Shown one piece after another: positions 1 to 9,559 of a DNA stretch of 61,960 nt. The DNA comes from an uncultured Pseudomonadota bacterium (lineage in GTDB: Bacteria > Pseudomonadota > Alphaproteobacteria > RF32 > CAG-239). Below the pieces are notes generated by a model. The model did no database searches. It had not been told where the DNA came from and saw only the letters and a program-made list of their open reading frames with translations. The stretch covers positions 1 through 61,960 of the forward strand of contig CABUWG010000004.1 of assembly GCA_902495305.1 (NCBI GenBank), given 5' to 3'. The position numbers and the translations under genes are program-made. Position 1 is the first letter of the stretch. Every line of letters starts with the position of its first letter.

Positions 1-91
1 AACCCCGCTCCGTCATTATCCGGTCTAATTCCTGATTGCAATAAGCCCGAAAGTTTTTATACCATTTTTTTCTATATTCTCTTGATAACAT
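1..91 (-). CDS. small XRE/Cro-type HTH protein, N-terminal 30 codons only (gene continues beyond window start)
   Basis: Minus-strand ATG at 91..89 is preceded by AAGGAG. It reads MLSREYRKKWYKNFRAYCNQELDRIMTERG, identical to the N-terminus of ORF 10488..10748. Confidence 0.7.
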   Translation of the reverse strand, partial: MLSREYRKKWYKNFRAYCNQELDRIMTERG

Positions 92-113
92 TTTTTAGCT
101 CCTTGATTTTGTT

Positions 114-275
114 AAAACAAAATCCGCCTAAAAAATAGGCGGATGGAGCTAGAAAACTGCTTAGACACAGTCATGGTTATTCGTTGCGCAAGCGCACTTA
201 TTTCCCAATACTCCACCCGAAGTGGAATTAATCTAAGAGATGTTTTCTAGACACCACAGTCCGTCTCCAGACTGC
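114..275 (-). ncRNA. candidate structured leader RNA, copy 1 (three-way junction plus intrinsic terminator) upstream of the XRE gene
   Basis: Paralog of 10774..10927. Outer helix CUAGAAAAC/GUUUUCUAG (250..242 with 157..149) is identical and the 5' GNRA hairpin is near-identical (one C-G to U-G wobble). Internal helices differ from copy 2 by compensatory substitutions. Terminator AUCCGCCU-AUUUUUU-AGGCGGAU followed by UUUUGUUUU lies at 144..114. Confidence 0.6.
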
Positions 276-282
276 GAAAATT

Positions 283-310
283 ATAATAAACGTATCTAAG
301 CTTTTTGCAA
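283..310 (-). promoter_or_regulatory. sigma70-like promoter for the leader RNA (copy 1)
   Basis: Minus strand has TTGCAA (310..305), a 16-nt spacer and TATTAT (288..283). The hexamers are the same as in copy 2. Confidence 0.45.
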
Positions 311-361
311 GCGGATTTTTCCGTGAATATTTCCGGCGTTGTTTTTTCAGAAGGATGTCAT

Positions 362-390
362 AAAAAAAGCTCTGTCAGAAACAGAGCTTT
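362..390 (-). terminator. intrinsic terminator downstream of the Cys-rich small gene
   Basis: Hairpin aaagctctg / cagagcttt (366..374 with 382..390). It is followed on the minus strand by a 7-U run (368..362). Confidence 0.6.
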
Positions 391-409
391 AGGAGCGAAA
401 AGATAAAGC

Positions 410-664
410 TTAAGCCGTTTGTTCTTTTTTGACTTCGGCAGCTTTTTGGTAGCAATTGCAATGGCAGACGCCTTTTTCTTCAATGTCTTTGCGGCATTGT
501 TCAGAAATGCAATAGCGGGCGGCATTTTGCCCGTCGCAGGGACATCTCTGCCATTCGGCATCGCCAAACATCATGGTTTTGGCTTTGGCGATTTTTTCAA
601 TGTTTTTGGTCGGTGTATATCCGGCTTCTTCGCATTTTTTAAGCATATTTTCTAAAATGGTCAT
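410..664 (-). CDS. small Cys-rich protein, ferredoxin-thioredoxin-reductase catalytic-subunit-like (CPC ... C ... C ... CHC pattern)
   Basis: ORF track 410..685. I prefer the ATG at 664 (MTILENMLKK...) because 685 is a TTG overlapping the parB stop. The motif WQRCPCDG...CISEQC...VCHCNC resembles the FTR-B redox/Fe-S cysteine pattern. Confidence 0.55.
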   Translation of the reverse strand: MTILENMLKKCEEAGYTPTKNIEKIAKAKTMMFGDAEWQRCPCDGQNAARYCISEQCRKDIEEKGVCHCNCYQKAAEVKKEQTA

Positions 665-677
665 AATTTTTCTCTCT

Positions 678-1727
678 TTAATCAATAACTTTTATGGTAA
701 ATTTTTCAGAACTTCCTGCCGGAGTGGCATCTATTTCCGTTAGTGCCTGATTGTTCGTATTAAGATTATTTTTGCGCTTATTTTCCAAGATGTCAACAAT
801 CATATCCAGTTCTGCCACAGAAGCGTATTGCAAAACAACTTTACCACCGCCCTGCTTGCTTGGCGTGATTTTGATTCTCAGGCCCAAAGATTTTTTCAGA
901 TCCCGCTCAATGGTTTCTAAATCCTCATTTTTTTTGACCGGTTTCTTTTCTTCGGGTTTATCCTTTTTATCTTTCAGGCGGGCAACCAGTTCCTCGACCT
1001 GACGAACACTTAAGTCTTTTTGAATAATAGTTTTTGCTAATTCTTCGGCATTTTCAAGGCCAATCAGGCAGCGGGCATGTCCGGCGCTCAGTTTGCCTTC
1101 TTTGATTAATTCTTTAATCGAATCGGGCAGGGCGAGCAGGCGCAGCGTATTTGCGACGTGGCTGCGGGATTTGCCGACAATTTGTGACAGAGCCTCCTGC
1201 GTATGGGAAAACTCGTCAATCAGCCGCTGAAAGCCCTCAGCTTCTTCAATGGCAGACAGGTTCTCACGCAGCAGGTTTTCTACCAGAGCAACTTCCAGAA
1301 CTTCTTTATCGCTCATATCTTTGATGATGGCCGGAACTTTTTCCAATCCGGCTTTTTGAGCGGCACGCCACCGGCGTTCACCGGCAATGATCTCATATTT
1401 GTCATCTTTTTTGCGCAGCAGAAGCGGTTGCAGAACGCCTTTTTCTTTGATTGAATCGGACAAGGCATTTAAGGCTTCTTCATCAAATTCGGTCCGCGGT
1501 TGATATTTTCCCGGGACGATTTGGCTAATAAAAATCTCTGTATCGGCCTGACGGGCTGCCGGCGCATCGGTCGGGAGCAAGACATCGTCCGCGGTTAAAT
1601 CGTCATCTCCGAGCAGGGCGCCCAGACCGCGGCCGAGGCTTTTGCGTTTGTGCTGTTCCTGTGTTTCGGCAGGCGGCGTTTCATTTTCACTACTGTTCAA
1701 CAATTCGTCCAATTCATTATCTAGCAT
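678..1727 (-). CDS. parB: chromosome partitioning protein ParB
   Basis: 349 aa with ParB-box motifs (GLGALL, IIAGERRWRAA, HTH region). It overlaps parA by 7 nt. Confidence 0.95.
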   Translation of the reverse strand: MLDNELDELLNSSENETPPAETQEQHKRKSLGRGLGALLGDDDLTADDVLLPTDAPAARQADTEIFISQIVPGKYQPRTEFDEEALNALSDSIKEKGVLQPLLLRKKDDKYEIIAGERRWRAAQKAGLEKVPAIIKDMSDKEVLEVALVENLLRENLSAIEEAEGFQRLIDEFSHTQEALSQIVGKSRSHVANTLRLLALPDSIKELIKEGKLSAGHARCLIGLENAEELAKTIIQKDLSVRQVEELVARLKDKKDKPEEKKPVKKNEDLETIERDLKKSLGLRIKITPSKQGGGKVVLQYASVAELDMIVDILENKRKNNLNTNNQALTEIDATPAGSSEKFTIKVID

Positions 1728-2500
1728 GCGACCAATTCCTTCTCTCTTTTTAATACTTCACCGGTCAGGCTGATATAAGCCTGTGCCCCCGGGCATTTGA
1801 AATCGTAAATCAAAACGGGTTTGCCGTGCGACGGCGCTTCGGAAATGCGAACGTTTCTCGGGATGACGGTATTATAAACCTTTTTGCCAAAGAAGTTGCG
1901 CACGTCTTCTTCCACCATCTGGGTCAGGTTGTTGCGTTTGTCGTACATTGTCAAGACTACACCCTGAAGCTCTAAAGAAGGGTTAAATCTTTTCTTGATT
2001 GTATTAATATTGCGAATCAGGTCCGTAATGCCTTCCAAAGCTAAAAATTCACATTGCAGCGGAACGATTACGGCATTGGCTGCGACAAGAGCGTTAATTG
2101 TGACAAGGCTCAGCGACGGCGGGCAGTCAATCAGGACATAGTCATAATTGACGGCGTCACGCTGGATGGCTCTTTTCAGCGCATATTCGCGATTGTCCAT
2201 ATCGACAAGTTCAATCTCGGCACCGGCCAAGTCAGGAGAAGAGGGCACGAGCGAGAAGTTGGGAATCTCGGTCCAGACAATGGCTTCGCTCAGTTTGCGC
2301 GTGCCGACCAGAACTTCATAAGAAGAAACCATGCGGCCGCGTTTGTCTATGCCCATTGATGTTGAGGCATTTCCCTGAGGATCCAAATCAATTACCAAAA
2401 CCTTTTTGCCGGTTGCGGCCATGGCCGTGGCGACGTTAACCGTGGTGGTGGTTTTGCCGACACCGCCTTTGCGGTTGGCTATAGCAATTATTCTGGGCAT
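1721..2500 (-). CDS. parA: chromosome partitioning ATPase ParA/Soj
   Basis: 259 aa with the deviant Walker A NRKGGVGKTTT and typical ParA length. Confidence 0.95.
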   Translation of the reverse strand: MPRIIAIANRKGGVGKTTTTVNVATAMAATGKKVLVIDLDPQGNASTSMGIDKRGRMVSSYEVLVGTRKLSEAIVWTEIPNFSLVPSSPDLAGAEIELVDMDNREYALKRAIQRDAVNYDYVLIDCPPSLSLVTINALVAANAVIVPLQCEFLALEGITDLIRNINTIKKRFNPSLELQGVVLTMYDKRNNLTQMVEEDVRNFFGKKVYNTVIPRNVRISEAPSHGKPVLIYDFKCPGAQAYISLTGEVLKREKELVAC

Positions 2501-2504
2501 AAAA

Positions 2505-3122
2505 TTATCTCCTTTTATGAATATCCGTTATAATCAAAATGACGCCTTCATCACTTTCCTGACTGGGCAAGACTTCGGCCTTAAACTTCCAAAGCTTTTC
2601 AGCCTCTGCAATTTCATCTGCATAAGACTTGCCTTTGAGAAAGATACATTTGGTTTTGCGGGTGCAAAATTTTTGCGCGTAGCTCAACAAATCGCTTAAC
2701 GAGGCCATAGCGCGCGATGTGACGACATCGGCAGCTTCAGCCGGAATGTCCTCAATTCGTTTATTTAAGACTTCGACGTTTGAAATTCCGGTGATTTTCT
2801 TAACTTCGTTTAAATACAGCGTTTTCTTTTTAATGCTTTCCACAAGCCTGAATTTTAAATACGGTGTTTTTTCTGAAGCCATAATAGCAAGAACCATTCC
2901 CGGAAAGCCAGCGCCAGAGCCAAAATCATAAACAACACCCTGTTGCGGAAGCAAAGAAAAAAGTTGCATAGAATCTTGAAAATGACGCTGCCAAGCATCT
3001 TCCAAAGAATTTTTACTGACAAGATTCATGCGATTTTGCCACTCGTGAAGAGAAGCTTCATACGATTTTAACTTGTCCATTGTTTCACGTGAAACAGTAT
3101 ATTTGCACTCTAAATTTTTCAT
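2505..3122 (-). CDS. rsmG: 16S rRNA (guanine527-N7)-methyltransferase RsmG/GidB
   Basis: 205 aa with SAM motif DFGSGAGFPG. It sits immediately upstream of parA, as in the canonical gid-par cluster. Confidence 0.9.
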   Translation of the reverse strand: MKNLECKYTVSRETMDKLKSYEASLHEWQNRMNLVSKNSLEDAWQRHFQDSMQLFSLLPQQGVVYDFGSGAGFPGMVLAIMASEKTPYLKFRLVESIKKKTLYLNEVKKITGISNVEVLNKRIEDIPAEAADVVTSRAMASLSDLLSYAQKFCTRKTKCIFLKGKSYADEIAEAEKLWKFKAEVLPSQESDEGVILIITDIHKRR

Positions 3123-3300
3123 AAAATATTTATATAATTTTTATAAAAAATTTAAAATACAAAAATAAGAGTTATAAACATATATTTATGAGAAAAAATT
3201 GCACTATTTACCACAAAGGAAAGACAAAAACACACCAAATCAAAAAAGATTCTAAAATCAAACAGTTAATCAGCGTTCTTTGACTCAAAATTTTAATATT

Positions 3301-4131
3301 TTATAACTTCCAGCGATTTTTATAATCCATTCTTTGCAAAAGCGATTCGGCGACCGAAAAATCCTGTGTTAATTCGCTTGTATGATGAGCGTCGTCACTA
3401 ATCAGAACCGGAATATTAAGCTCACGCATTCTTTGTAATAAAACAGGGGCAGGATAACAATTGCCGTTTTTACGAATGCCTTTGGTACTCACTTCTGCCG
3501 GAACGTTATTTTTTGCCAAAGTTTGCAACAGATGTTCTTTTTCCGCCATAAAGCTGTTATCATCACAACCGGAAACCCGACGCATATAATCAAGATGAGC
3601 AACAAAATTAAACAATTTTGTTTCCGCAGCCCGTGCTATTGTCAAAAAATGGCGGCGAAGATATGTTTCCTGTTGCTCTTTTTGCGGAACAAACTTTATC
3701 AGTTCATCGGCGTCTATCGGATAATCACAAGATTCGGAAAACAAAAAATGATTGCCGGTGATATAATAATCCAGCTTTGTCCGGTTGCGAAAGTTCATAA
3801 ATTCCTCCAGCCAGCCGTCGTAAGTAAAGAAATCGACTTCCGCACCGACAAAAATCCGCAACGGATAGTTTTTTGCCAGTTGGGCAATTTCTTGTTTGTA
3901 TGCGACAAAGGCTGCTGCCGCTTCGGCAAAATCAGTGCGATAGATGTGTGAACCGCGGTATTTTTTTAATTTCGGCCAACTCGGGCTTTGATGAAAATTT
4001 TTATGGACGACCAAATGCTCGGAAAAACCAATTTCTTTTAATCCGCATTTGACGGCCTGTTCCAGCATTTCCTCCGCGGAATTGCGCCCGTCAGAAAACA
4101 GCGTATGGGTATGATAGGAATAATTTTGCAT
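3301..4131 (-). CDS. PHP-domain phosphoesterase (HisJ/HisK histidinol-phosphatase family)
   Basis: 276 aa. N-terminal YHTHTLFSDG, an internal EH and a C-terminal DDAHH match the PHP metal-ligand pattern. Confidence 0.8.
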   Translation of the reverse strand: MQNYSYHTHTLFSDGRNSAEEMLEQAVKCGLKEIGFSEHLVVHKNFHQSPSWPKLKKYRGSHIYRTDFAEAAAAFVAYKQEIAQLAKNYPLRIFVGAEVDFFTYDGWLEEFMNFRNRTKLDYYITGNHFLFSESCDYPIDADELIKFVPQKEQQETYLRRHFLTIARAAETKLFNFVAHLDYMRRVSGCDDNSFMAEKEHLLQTLAKNNVPAEVSTKGIRKNGNCYPAPVLLQRMRELNIPVLISDDAHHTSELTQDFSVAESLLQRMDYKNRWKL

Positions 4132-4134
4132 TAT

Positions 4135-5559
4135 TTACGCTTCATAGTAAGGCAAAAGTTCAATATCTTCCCCTTCTGCAGAGGCTTGGATATCAATTCC
4201 GATATTTTGCAGATTATGAACAAGGTTCGGGTAACCGCGCAAGGCGTAAGACGGTGTTTCAATTGTGCTTTTGCCGTCTGCAATTGCCGCTGTTATTATC
4301 AATCCGGCAGTTCCGCGCAAATCCATTCCTTCAACATCTGCAGAATGATATTTTGACGGGTGGATCTTAACCAGCAGCGCTTCTTTATTTGCAATAACCT
4401 GACTGGTGACGATATCAATTTTTTCGCTGTCACAATTTAAGCCGAATTTGCGCATTTCCTTCAGATGGCCGTCACGTCCGGGCCAAATGGCATCCGTCAT
4501 TAATGAATCTGTTTGGGCAAGCCCCAAAACCGGCGTCCAAATTTGTTGAATATCTGTTTCGGCTCCGGGGAAAGGCGTCATTTGCATAAGAATACCGTCA
4601 AAATCCGGCCGGTTGCGAAAGTTAAAGCTTAACTGTGTCCGGTCCGGAGAATAGAAAATACCGCTTTTGAACATTTTATTCAGCTGAGAAAACCACGGGC
4701 GGCAATGTTCGAAATTAATACCGTTTAACTGAATTTCGCCTTTGGTTCCCAAGGCCAGCAATGCATAAGTTGCGGCTTCAATCCTGTCCGGAATGACATA
4801 AAAGTTTCCGCCCCTCAGCAAGGATTTGTTTTTACCGTCATAGATTATGCCGGTGCTCTCATTGCCGGACAAACCTAATCCCATTTGCTGCAGCATGTTA
4901 ACCAGATTGGAAACTTCCGGTTCCAACGAGGCATTATAAATCATTTTAACATCCTGCGCGCCGGCAACGGCCAGAAGCCAGTGAAAGGTTGCGCCGTGAG
5001 AAACCCGCAATGTAGTATAAATCGGGCGAACGGTTTCCGGATTTTTACAGGGCAGGGTAAAGATGAGATAATTGCCTTTATCGGAGTTTTCTTCTTCAAT
5101 GGAAGCGCCCAAGACAGAGCGGATCAAGTCTTCATGAAAATCTGTCGGACGTTTGCCGCCAAAAGAGCAGCCGCCGGGGACATAAACTTTTAAACTGTCA
5201 AATTCTTTGGTATAACGAAAACGGGCGAGCAGTGACCCCCAGAGGTAATAGCTGGCGCGAATATGCGAGGCTTTTTGCGAGACAATATTATTTGTGATTT
5301 TAGCGGCATGGAGGTACAAAATTTTCTGACGGAAGTTATAGCGGACATCGACGCCGAGTTCAATCAGTATCCGGCCAAGCTCAAGAACATCGCTGATATT
5401 TGGCACATTATGGAGAATGACAGGCTCGTTTGTCAGCAAAGAAGCGCACATCAGTCCGAGAATCGAATTTTTGGCACCACTGATATCAACTGATCCGGCA
5501 ACAGGATTGCCGCCGTTAATGACTAATTTTTTGGGAATAAAGAACCTTGATTTTATCAT
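4135..5559 (-). CDS. divergent MurA-family enolpyruvyl transferase (474 aa)
   Basis: MurA hallmark positions are recognisable: ISGAKNS (Lys22 region), IRAS, PGGCSFGGKRPTD (Cys115/Arg120 region), ETDIQ (Asp305 region) and MDLRGT (Arg397 region). It is otherwise very divergent and longer than housekeeping MurA. Confidence 0.8.
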   Translation of the reverse strand: MIKSRFFIPKKLVINGGNPVAGSVDISGAKNSILGLMCASLLTNEPVILHNVPNISDVLELGRILIELGVDVRYNFRQKILYLHAAKITNNIVSQKASHIRASYYLWGSLLARFRYTKEFDSLKVYVPGGCSFGGKRPTDFHEDLIRSVLGASIEEENSDKGNYLIFTLPCKNPETVRPIYTTLRVSHGATFHWLLAVAGAQDVKMIYNASLEPEVSNLVNMLQQMGLGLSGNESTGIIYDGKNKSLLRGGNFYVIPDRIEAATYALLALGTKGEIQLNGINFEHCRPWFSQLNKMFKSGIFYSPDRTQLSFNFRNRPDFDGILMQMTPFPGAETDIQQIWTPVLGLAQTDSLMTDAIWPGRDGHLKEMRKFGLNCDSEKIDIVTSQVIANKEALLVKIHPSKYHSADVEGMDLRGTAGLIITAAIADGKSTIETPSYALRGYPNLVHNLQNIGIDIQASAEGEDIELLPYYEA

Positions 5560-5622
5560 TGCGCACCTCCAATTATCTGAATGTGCGTATTATAAGTCCC
5601 AATGGTTAATTCCGGCTTAATA

Positions 5623-6249
5623 TCATTTGCTTTTTATTTGCAGCAGCGCATAAACGTCTTCTCCGCAAAGGGTATCAAAATGCTGTTTTAAGGGCAGGGC
5701 GTCGCGAATCAGGTTTTGTTTTTGTCTGGCCGAAAGATGATAGCGTCCGGCAATTCCTTCTGCCCGCTGTTCGATTGTTACAAAGTTGAACCCTTCGGTC
5801 AGCATATCGCAAAGCTGGATCAGGCGGTCATAGTCATCATAAACAAGCCGGGCTAATTTTTCTTTTGCCCAGCAGAGCCAGTCTGCGGGATAATTATATT
5901 CGTCATCCGAAAAATCTTTGATATGAAACGTATGCGTCAGGCAAATACGGGCAACATCATCATAGCCTAATGCCGTCATTTCCTCATATCCTTCACGGGC
6001 ATGAAAGCGGTTTTCTTCCCGTTCGTTAATTCTTTTGCCAAAATCATGCAGCAAGCCGAGAACATAAGCTTTTTGCGCGTCCAAGGCCGGAACTTTTTCT
6101 GCTATTATTTTAGCAAAACGGGCAACGCCGCGGGTATGAAAAACGTAGGCGTCGCGATCTTTGAAAGGGTAGGGTTTGGACAGGCGGTTAAGAATTACCG
6201 CATGCCAGAGTTTCTCGGCCGTGACCAGATCCGGAAATTTGGGTTTCAT
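5623..6249 (-). CDS. HD/HDIG-domain phosphohydrolase, paralog 1 of 3
   Basis: 208 aa with H...LGLLHDFGKR...FHAREG...LTHTF. It aligns with ORFs 6188..6877 and 6906..7535. Confidence 0.8.
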   Translation of the reverse strand: MKPKFPDLVTAEKLWHAVILNRLSKPYPFKDRDAYVFHTRGVARFAKIIAEKVPALDAQKAYVLGLLHDFGKRINEREENRFHAREGYEEMTALGYDDVARICLTHTFHIKDFSDDEYNYPADWLCWAKEKLARLVYDDYDRLIQLCDMLTEGFNFVTIEQRAEGIAGRYHLSARQKQNLIRDALPLKQHFDTLCGEDVYALLQIKSK

Positions 6250-6877
6250 CTAAGTTTACTCCGATTAGGTTATAAATATCCCGACCGCAAAGATGTTCAA
6301 AATATGACTTAATCCGGCACAAATGTTTCACGTGAATCAAAAGGTTTGGATTGTTATATCGTCTGGCCAGACTGGCAAAACGATATTCTATCGAGCAAGT
6401 CGTGCCTTTATCATTCAAAACATCCGCCAGCTGTAACAACAGGTCATAATCATTATAGGTCACGTTTTTGAGATAGGCCTGACATTGCAGCAAATCTTCA
6501 TGCGGCTGGGTAAAAGTGTTAATATCAAAATTCTTATCATAAAAGCTGTGCGTTATGCAGATGCGGGCAACATCGTCATAGCCGAGCGCCGTCATCCATT
6601 CATAGCCGACGTTTGCATGAAAGCGGTGTTCCGCAAATTCATCAATGCAACGGCCGCAGTCATGGAGCAGCCCTAAAACATAGGCTTTTTCCGTATCTAA
6701 ATCAGGACAGAAAGCCGCAATTTTTTCAGCTATGGCTGCAACGGTATGGCAATGTTTGCGAAATTCGGCTTCCCATTCCGGTTTAAACGGATATTTGGTC
6801 GCATTACGTTTTTGAATCACTGTTTCAAAAATTCTATCTGCTTGTTGGCGCGTGGGATATAACCGATTCATTTTCAT
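6188..6877 (-). CDS. HD/HDIG-domain phosphohydrolase, paralog 2 of 3 (3' end overlaps paralog 1 by 62 nt)
   Basis: 229 aa with LGLLHDCGRC...FHANVG...ITHSF. Its C-terminal tail of about 20 aa has no counterpart in the other two paralogs. Confidence 0.75.
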   Translation of the reverse strand: MKMNRLYPTRQQADRIFETVIQKRNATKYPFKPEWEAEFRKHCHTVAAIAEKIAAFCPDLDTEKAYVLGLLHDCGRCIDEFAEHRFHANVGYEWMTALGYDDVARICITHSFYDKNFDINTFTQPHEDLLQCQAYLKNVTYNDYDLLLQLADVLNDKGTTCSIEYRFASLARRYNNPNLLIHVKHLCRIKSYFEHLCGRDIYNLIGVNLDETQISGSGHGRETLACGNS

Positions 6878-6905
6878 TACTTCTTTTTTAAATACATTGT
6901 TTAAA

Positions 6906-7535
6906 TTATACCGATATTTTCTGATCTATTTGCAACAGGTCATAAATATCACACCGGCATTTTTCATCAAAATATTTTTTTAGCTCATTCAGACGGCTGA
7001 CGGACATATTTACAATTTCATTATTTAAGTTATGACGTTTGGCGACGCTGTTAAAGCGATATTCTATCGTACACTGCTGTCCGCAATCGTTCAGAATATC
7101 CGCCAGCTGGATAAGATAATCATAGTCATCAAAAGAGATTTGTTTTAAGAGTTCTCTGCTCCGGATATAATCCTGCGGCTTCATCCGGTACATAGACAAG
7201 TTCAGCTGCGGTTCATAAAAACAATGCGTGAAAGCAATGCGGGCGGCAGACGGCATATTATTTTTAATAAGATAATCAAAACCGGTCAGACCGTGAAAAG
7301 TTCCTTCGCTTCGTTCATCGCTTATTCTGCCGGCATCATGAAGCAGGCCTAAAATATATGACTTTTCCGGATTCAAATTTTGAGCGGCCGAGGCGATTTT
7401 TTCTGAAATATAAGCAACAGACAGGCAATGGTTTTTAAATTTTTGTTCGACTTCCGGCGTAAAGGGGCAAGCCGATTTTCTGCGGACGCTCAGTACTGTA
7501 TCTAATAAATTTTGTGCTTTTTCTAATTCTGTCAT
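6906..7535 (-). CDS. HD/HDIG-domain phosphohydrolase, paralog 3 of 3
   Basis: 209 aa with LGLLHDAGRI...FHGLTG...FTHCF. Confidence 0.8.
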   Translation of the reverse strand: MTELEKAQNLLDTVLSVRRKSACPFTPEVEQKFKNHCLSVAYISEKIASAAQNLNPEKSYILGLLHDAGRISDERSEGTFHGLTGFDYLIKNNMPSAARIAFTHCFYEPQLNLSMYRMKPQDYIRSRELLKQISFDDYDYLIQLADILNDCGQQCTIEYRFNSVAKRHNLNNEIVNMSVSRLNELKKYFDEKCRCDIYDLLQIDQKISV

Positions 7536-7538
7536 TTT

Positions 7539-9386
7539 TTACCTGTTAACATAAGCTAAAATTGCCATGATGGCCGCCGGTGTTACGCCGGGGATACGTG
7601 AAGCCTCGCCGATTGTGGACGGGCGGACTTTTGTTAATTTAAATACCATTTCACGCGACAAACCGCCAATCTTGGCGTAATCAATATCATCACGCAAGCG
7701 CAGATTTTCATCTTTTTTGAAAATCTGAATATCAGCCATCTGACGCTTCAGATATCCGGAATATTTCGCTTCAACCTCAATTTCTTCATAAACGTCCGGC
7801 GGAATATCACTCAGCTCCGGCCAGATTGCCGTAACTGTTTCACGTGAAACATCAGCATAAGACATGACGTTAAAAGCCGTTCTTCTGGTTCCGTCTTTTT
7901 TGGTCTTAACACCAAATTTTTCTAACTCATTCGGTGTGATAAACAAAGTATCCGCTATGTGACGGTACTGAGATATTTGCGCCATTTTAGCTTTAAATAC
8001 ACTGTATCTTTCTTCTCCGACACAACCTGCCTGATACCCTTTTTCCGTCAAACGGGCGTCAGCGTTGTCAGCACGCAGATAAAGACGGTATTCAGAGCGT
8101 GACGTAAACATTCGATAAGGCTCGTCAACGCCTTTGGTTATTAAATCATCAACCATAACGCCGATATAGGCCTCACTGCGGTCAATTTCAAAACCGGAAC
8201 GATTCAGAGCTTTTAATCCGGCGTTGACGCCGGCAAGAAGCCCCTGAGCCGCGGCCTCTTCATAACCGGTCGTGCCATTAATCTGACCGGCCAAGAACAG
8301 TCCGGAAACTTTTTTGCATTCCAGATGATTGTTTAATTCCTGCGGATCAACGTAATCATATTCGATAGCATAGGCCGGCCGGATTATTTCAACATTTTCC
8401 AGCCCCTTAATCGTATGAATAAACTCAGCTTGCACATCTGCCGGCAGAGACGTTGAAATACCATTCGGATAGACGACATCCGTATTCAGCCCTTCCGGCT
8501 CCAAAAAAATCTGGTGGCTGGTACGGTCAGCGAATTTGACAAGTTTATCTTCAATACTCGGGCAGTAGCGCGGGCCAATACCTGTAATCAGGCCGGAAAA
8601 GAGGGCACATTTATCAAAATTAGCCCGAATAATTTCATGCGTCTTCTCATTTGTATGCGTGACATAGCATTGAATTTGCGGATTGGTAATTTCTTTAGTC
8701 AGGTAAGAAAAAGGTATTGCCGGATTGTCTCCGTCCTGCGTTTCTAAAATTTCCCAGTTGATTGTCTTACCGTTCAAACGCGCCGGCGTACCGGTCTTCA
8801 ACCTTCCGACTTTAAGGCCTTTTGACTTTAAATACGGTGTTATACCTTCACAGGTTACATCATTTACCCGTCCGCCGACAGTCGTTTGATGACCGATAAA
8901 CATCACACCGTTCAAAAAAGTGCCAGATGTCAGAATCACTGTTTTAGACTTCAGCTGTTCGCCGTCAGCCAGAATTACGCCGGAAATTTTATCGTTCTCA
9001 AAAGCAAGACCTTCAACGGCGGCCTCAATAATCTGTAAGTTTTTTTGTTCGCGCAGCGCTTTAAGCATATGCTTTTTATACAATTCCCGGTCAGCCTGAG
9101 CGCGCGGCCCTCTCACGGCCGGTCCTTTGGAGGCATTTAACATACGAAACTGAATGCCGGCCTTGTCAATGACTTTTGCCATCAGGCCGTCAAGCGCGTC
9201 TATTTCTCTTACCAAATGGCCTTTTCCCAATCCGCCGATTGCCGGATTGCAGGACATTTCGCCAATTGTAGAAATTTTATGAGTTATTAAAGCCGTTTTT
9301 GCTCCGACACGGGCTGCCGCCGCACAAGCTTCGCAGCCGGCATGGCCTCCGCCGACGACGATTACGTCAAATTCGTTATTATTCAT
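7539..9386 (-). CDS. mnmG: tRNA uridine 5-carboxymethylaminomethyl modification enzyme MnmG/GidA
   Basis: 615 aa with FAD motif [13 protein letters not shown] and full-length GidA-like sequence. Confidence 0.97.
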   Translation of the reverse strand: MNNNEFDVIVVGGGHAGCEACAAAARVGAKTALITHKISTIGEMSCNPAIGGLGKGHLVREIDALDGLMAKVIDKAGIQFRMLNASKGPAVRGPRAQADRELYKKHMLKALREQKNLQIIEAAVEGLAFENDKISGVILADGEQLKSKTVILTSGTFLNGVMFIGHQTTVGGRVNDVTCEGITPYLKSKGLKVGRLKTGTPARLNGKTINWEILETQDGDNPAIPFSYLTKEITNPQIQCYVTHTNEKTHEIIRANFDKCALFSGLITGIGPRYCPSIEDKLVKFADRTSHQIFLEPEGLNTDVVYPNGISTSLPADVQAEFIHTIKGLENVEIIRPAYAIEYDYVDPQELNNHLECKKVSGLFLAGQINGTTGYEEAAAQGLLAGVNAGLKALNRSGFEIDRSEAYIGVMVDDLITKGVDEPYRMFTSRSEYRLYLRADNADARLTEKGYQAGCVGEERYSVFKAKMAQISQYRHIADTLFITPNELEKFGVKTKKDGTRRTAFNVMSYADVSRETVTAIWPELSDIPPDVYEEIEVEAKYSGYLKRQMADIQIFKKDENLRLRDDIDYAKIGGLSREMVFKLTKVRPSTIGEASRIPGVTPAAIMAILAYVNR

Positions 9387-9559
9387 TATCTTAGACCTGA
9401 GTTCCTTTTGTCTTGGGTATAATATAATTGATAAAAGTTTGCAAGTGATTAATAGAGGGAAAATATGTCCTTATCTCTTAATTCACTTTTATTTTCTTCC
9501 TTTTTATATTTTCCCTTCTGTCTTCCTCTATATTTTTTTCTTCCGCAACCAACTTTTTG

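Noticed and set aside
114-275. Whether the two diverged RNA copies could be a DGR template/variable-repeat pair or a retron msr-msd.
   Set aside because: The differences are not restricted to adenine positions and are compensatory within helices. There is no reverse transcriptase gene in the window.
3123-3300. Very AT-rich 180-bp region upstream of rsmG as an alternative oriC.
   Set aside because: It has only weak two-mismatch DnaA-box look-alikes (ttataaaca, tttaccaca). The rho-coaE interval has perfect boxes and matching synteny. This is more likely the rsmG-parAB promoter region.
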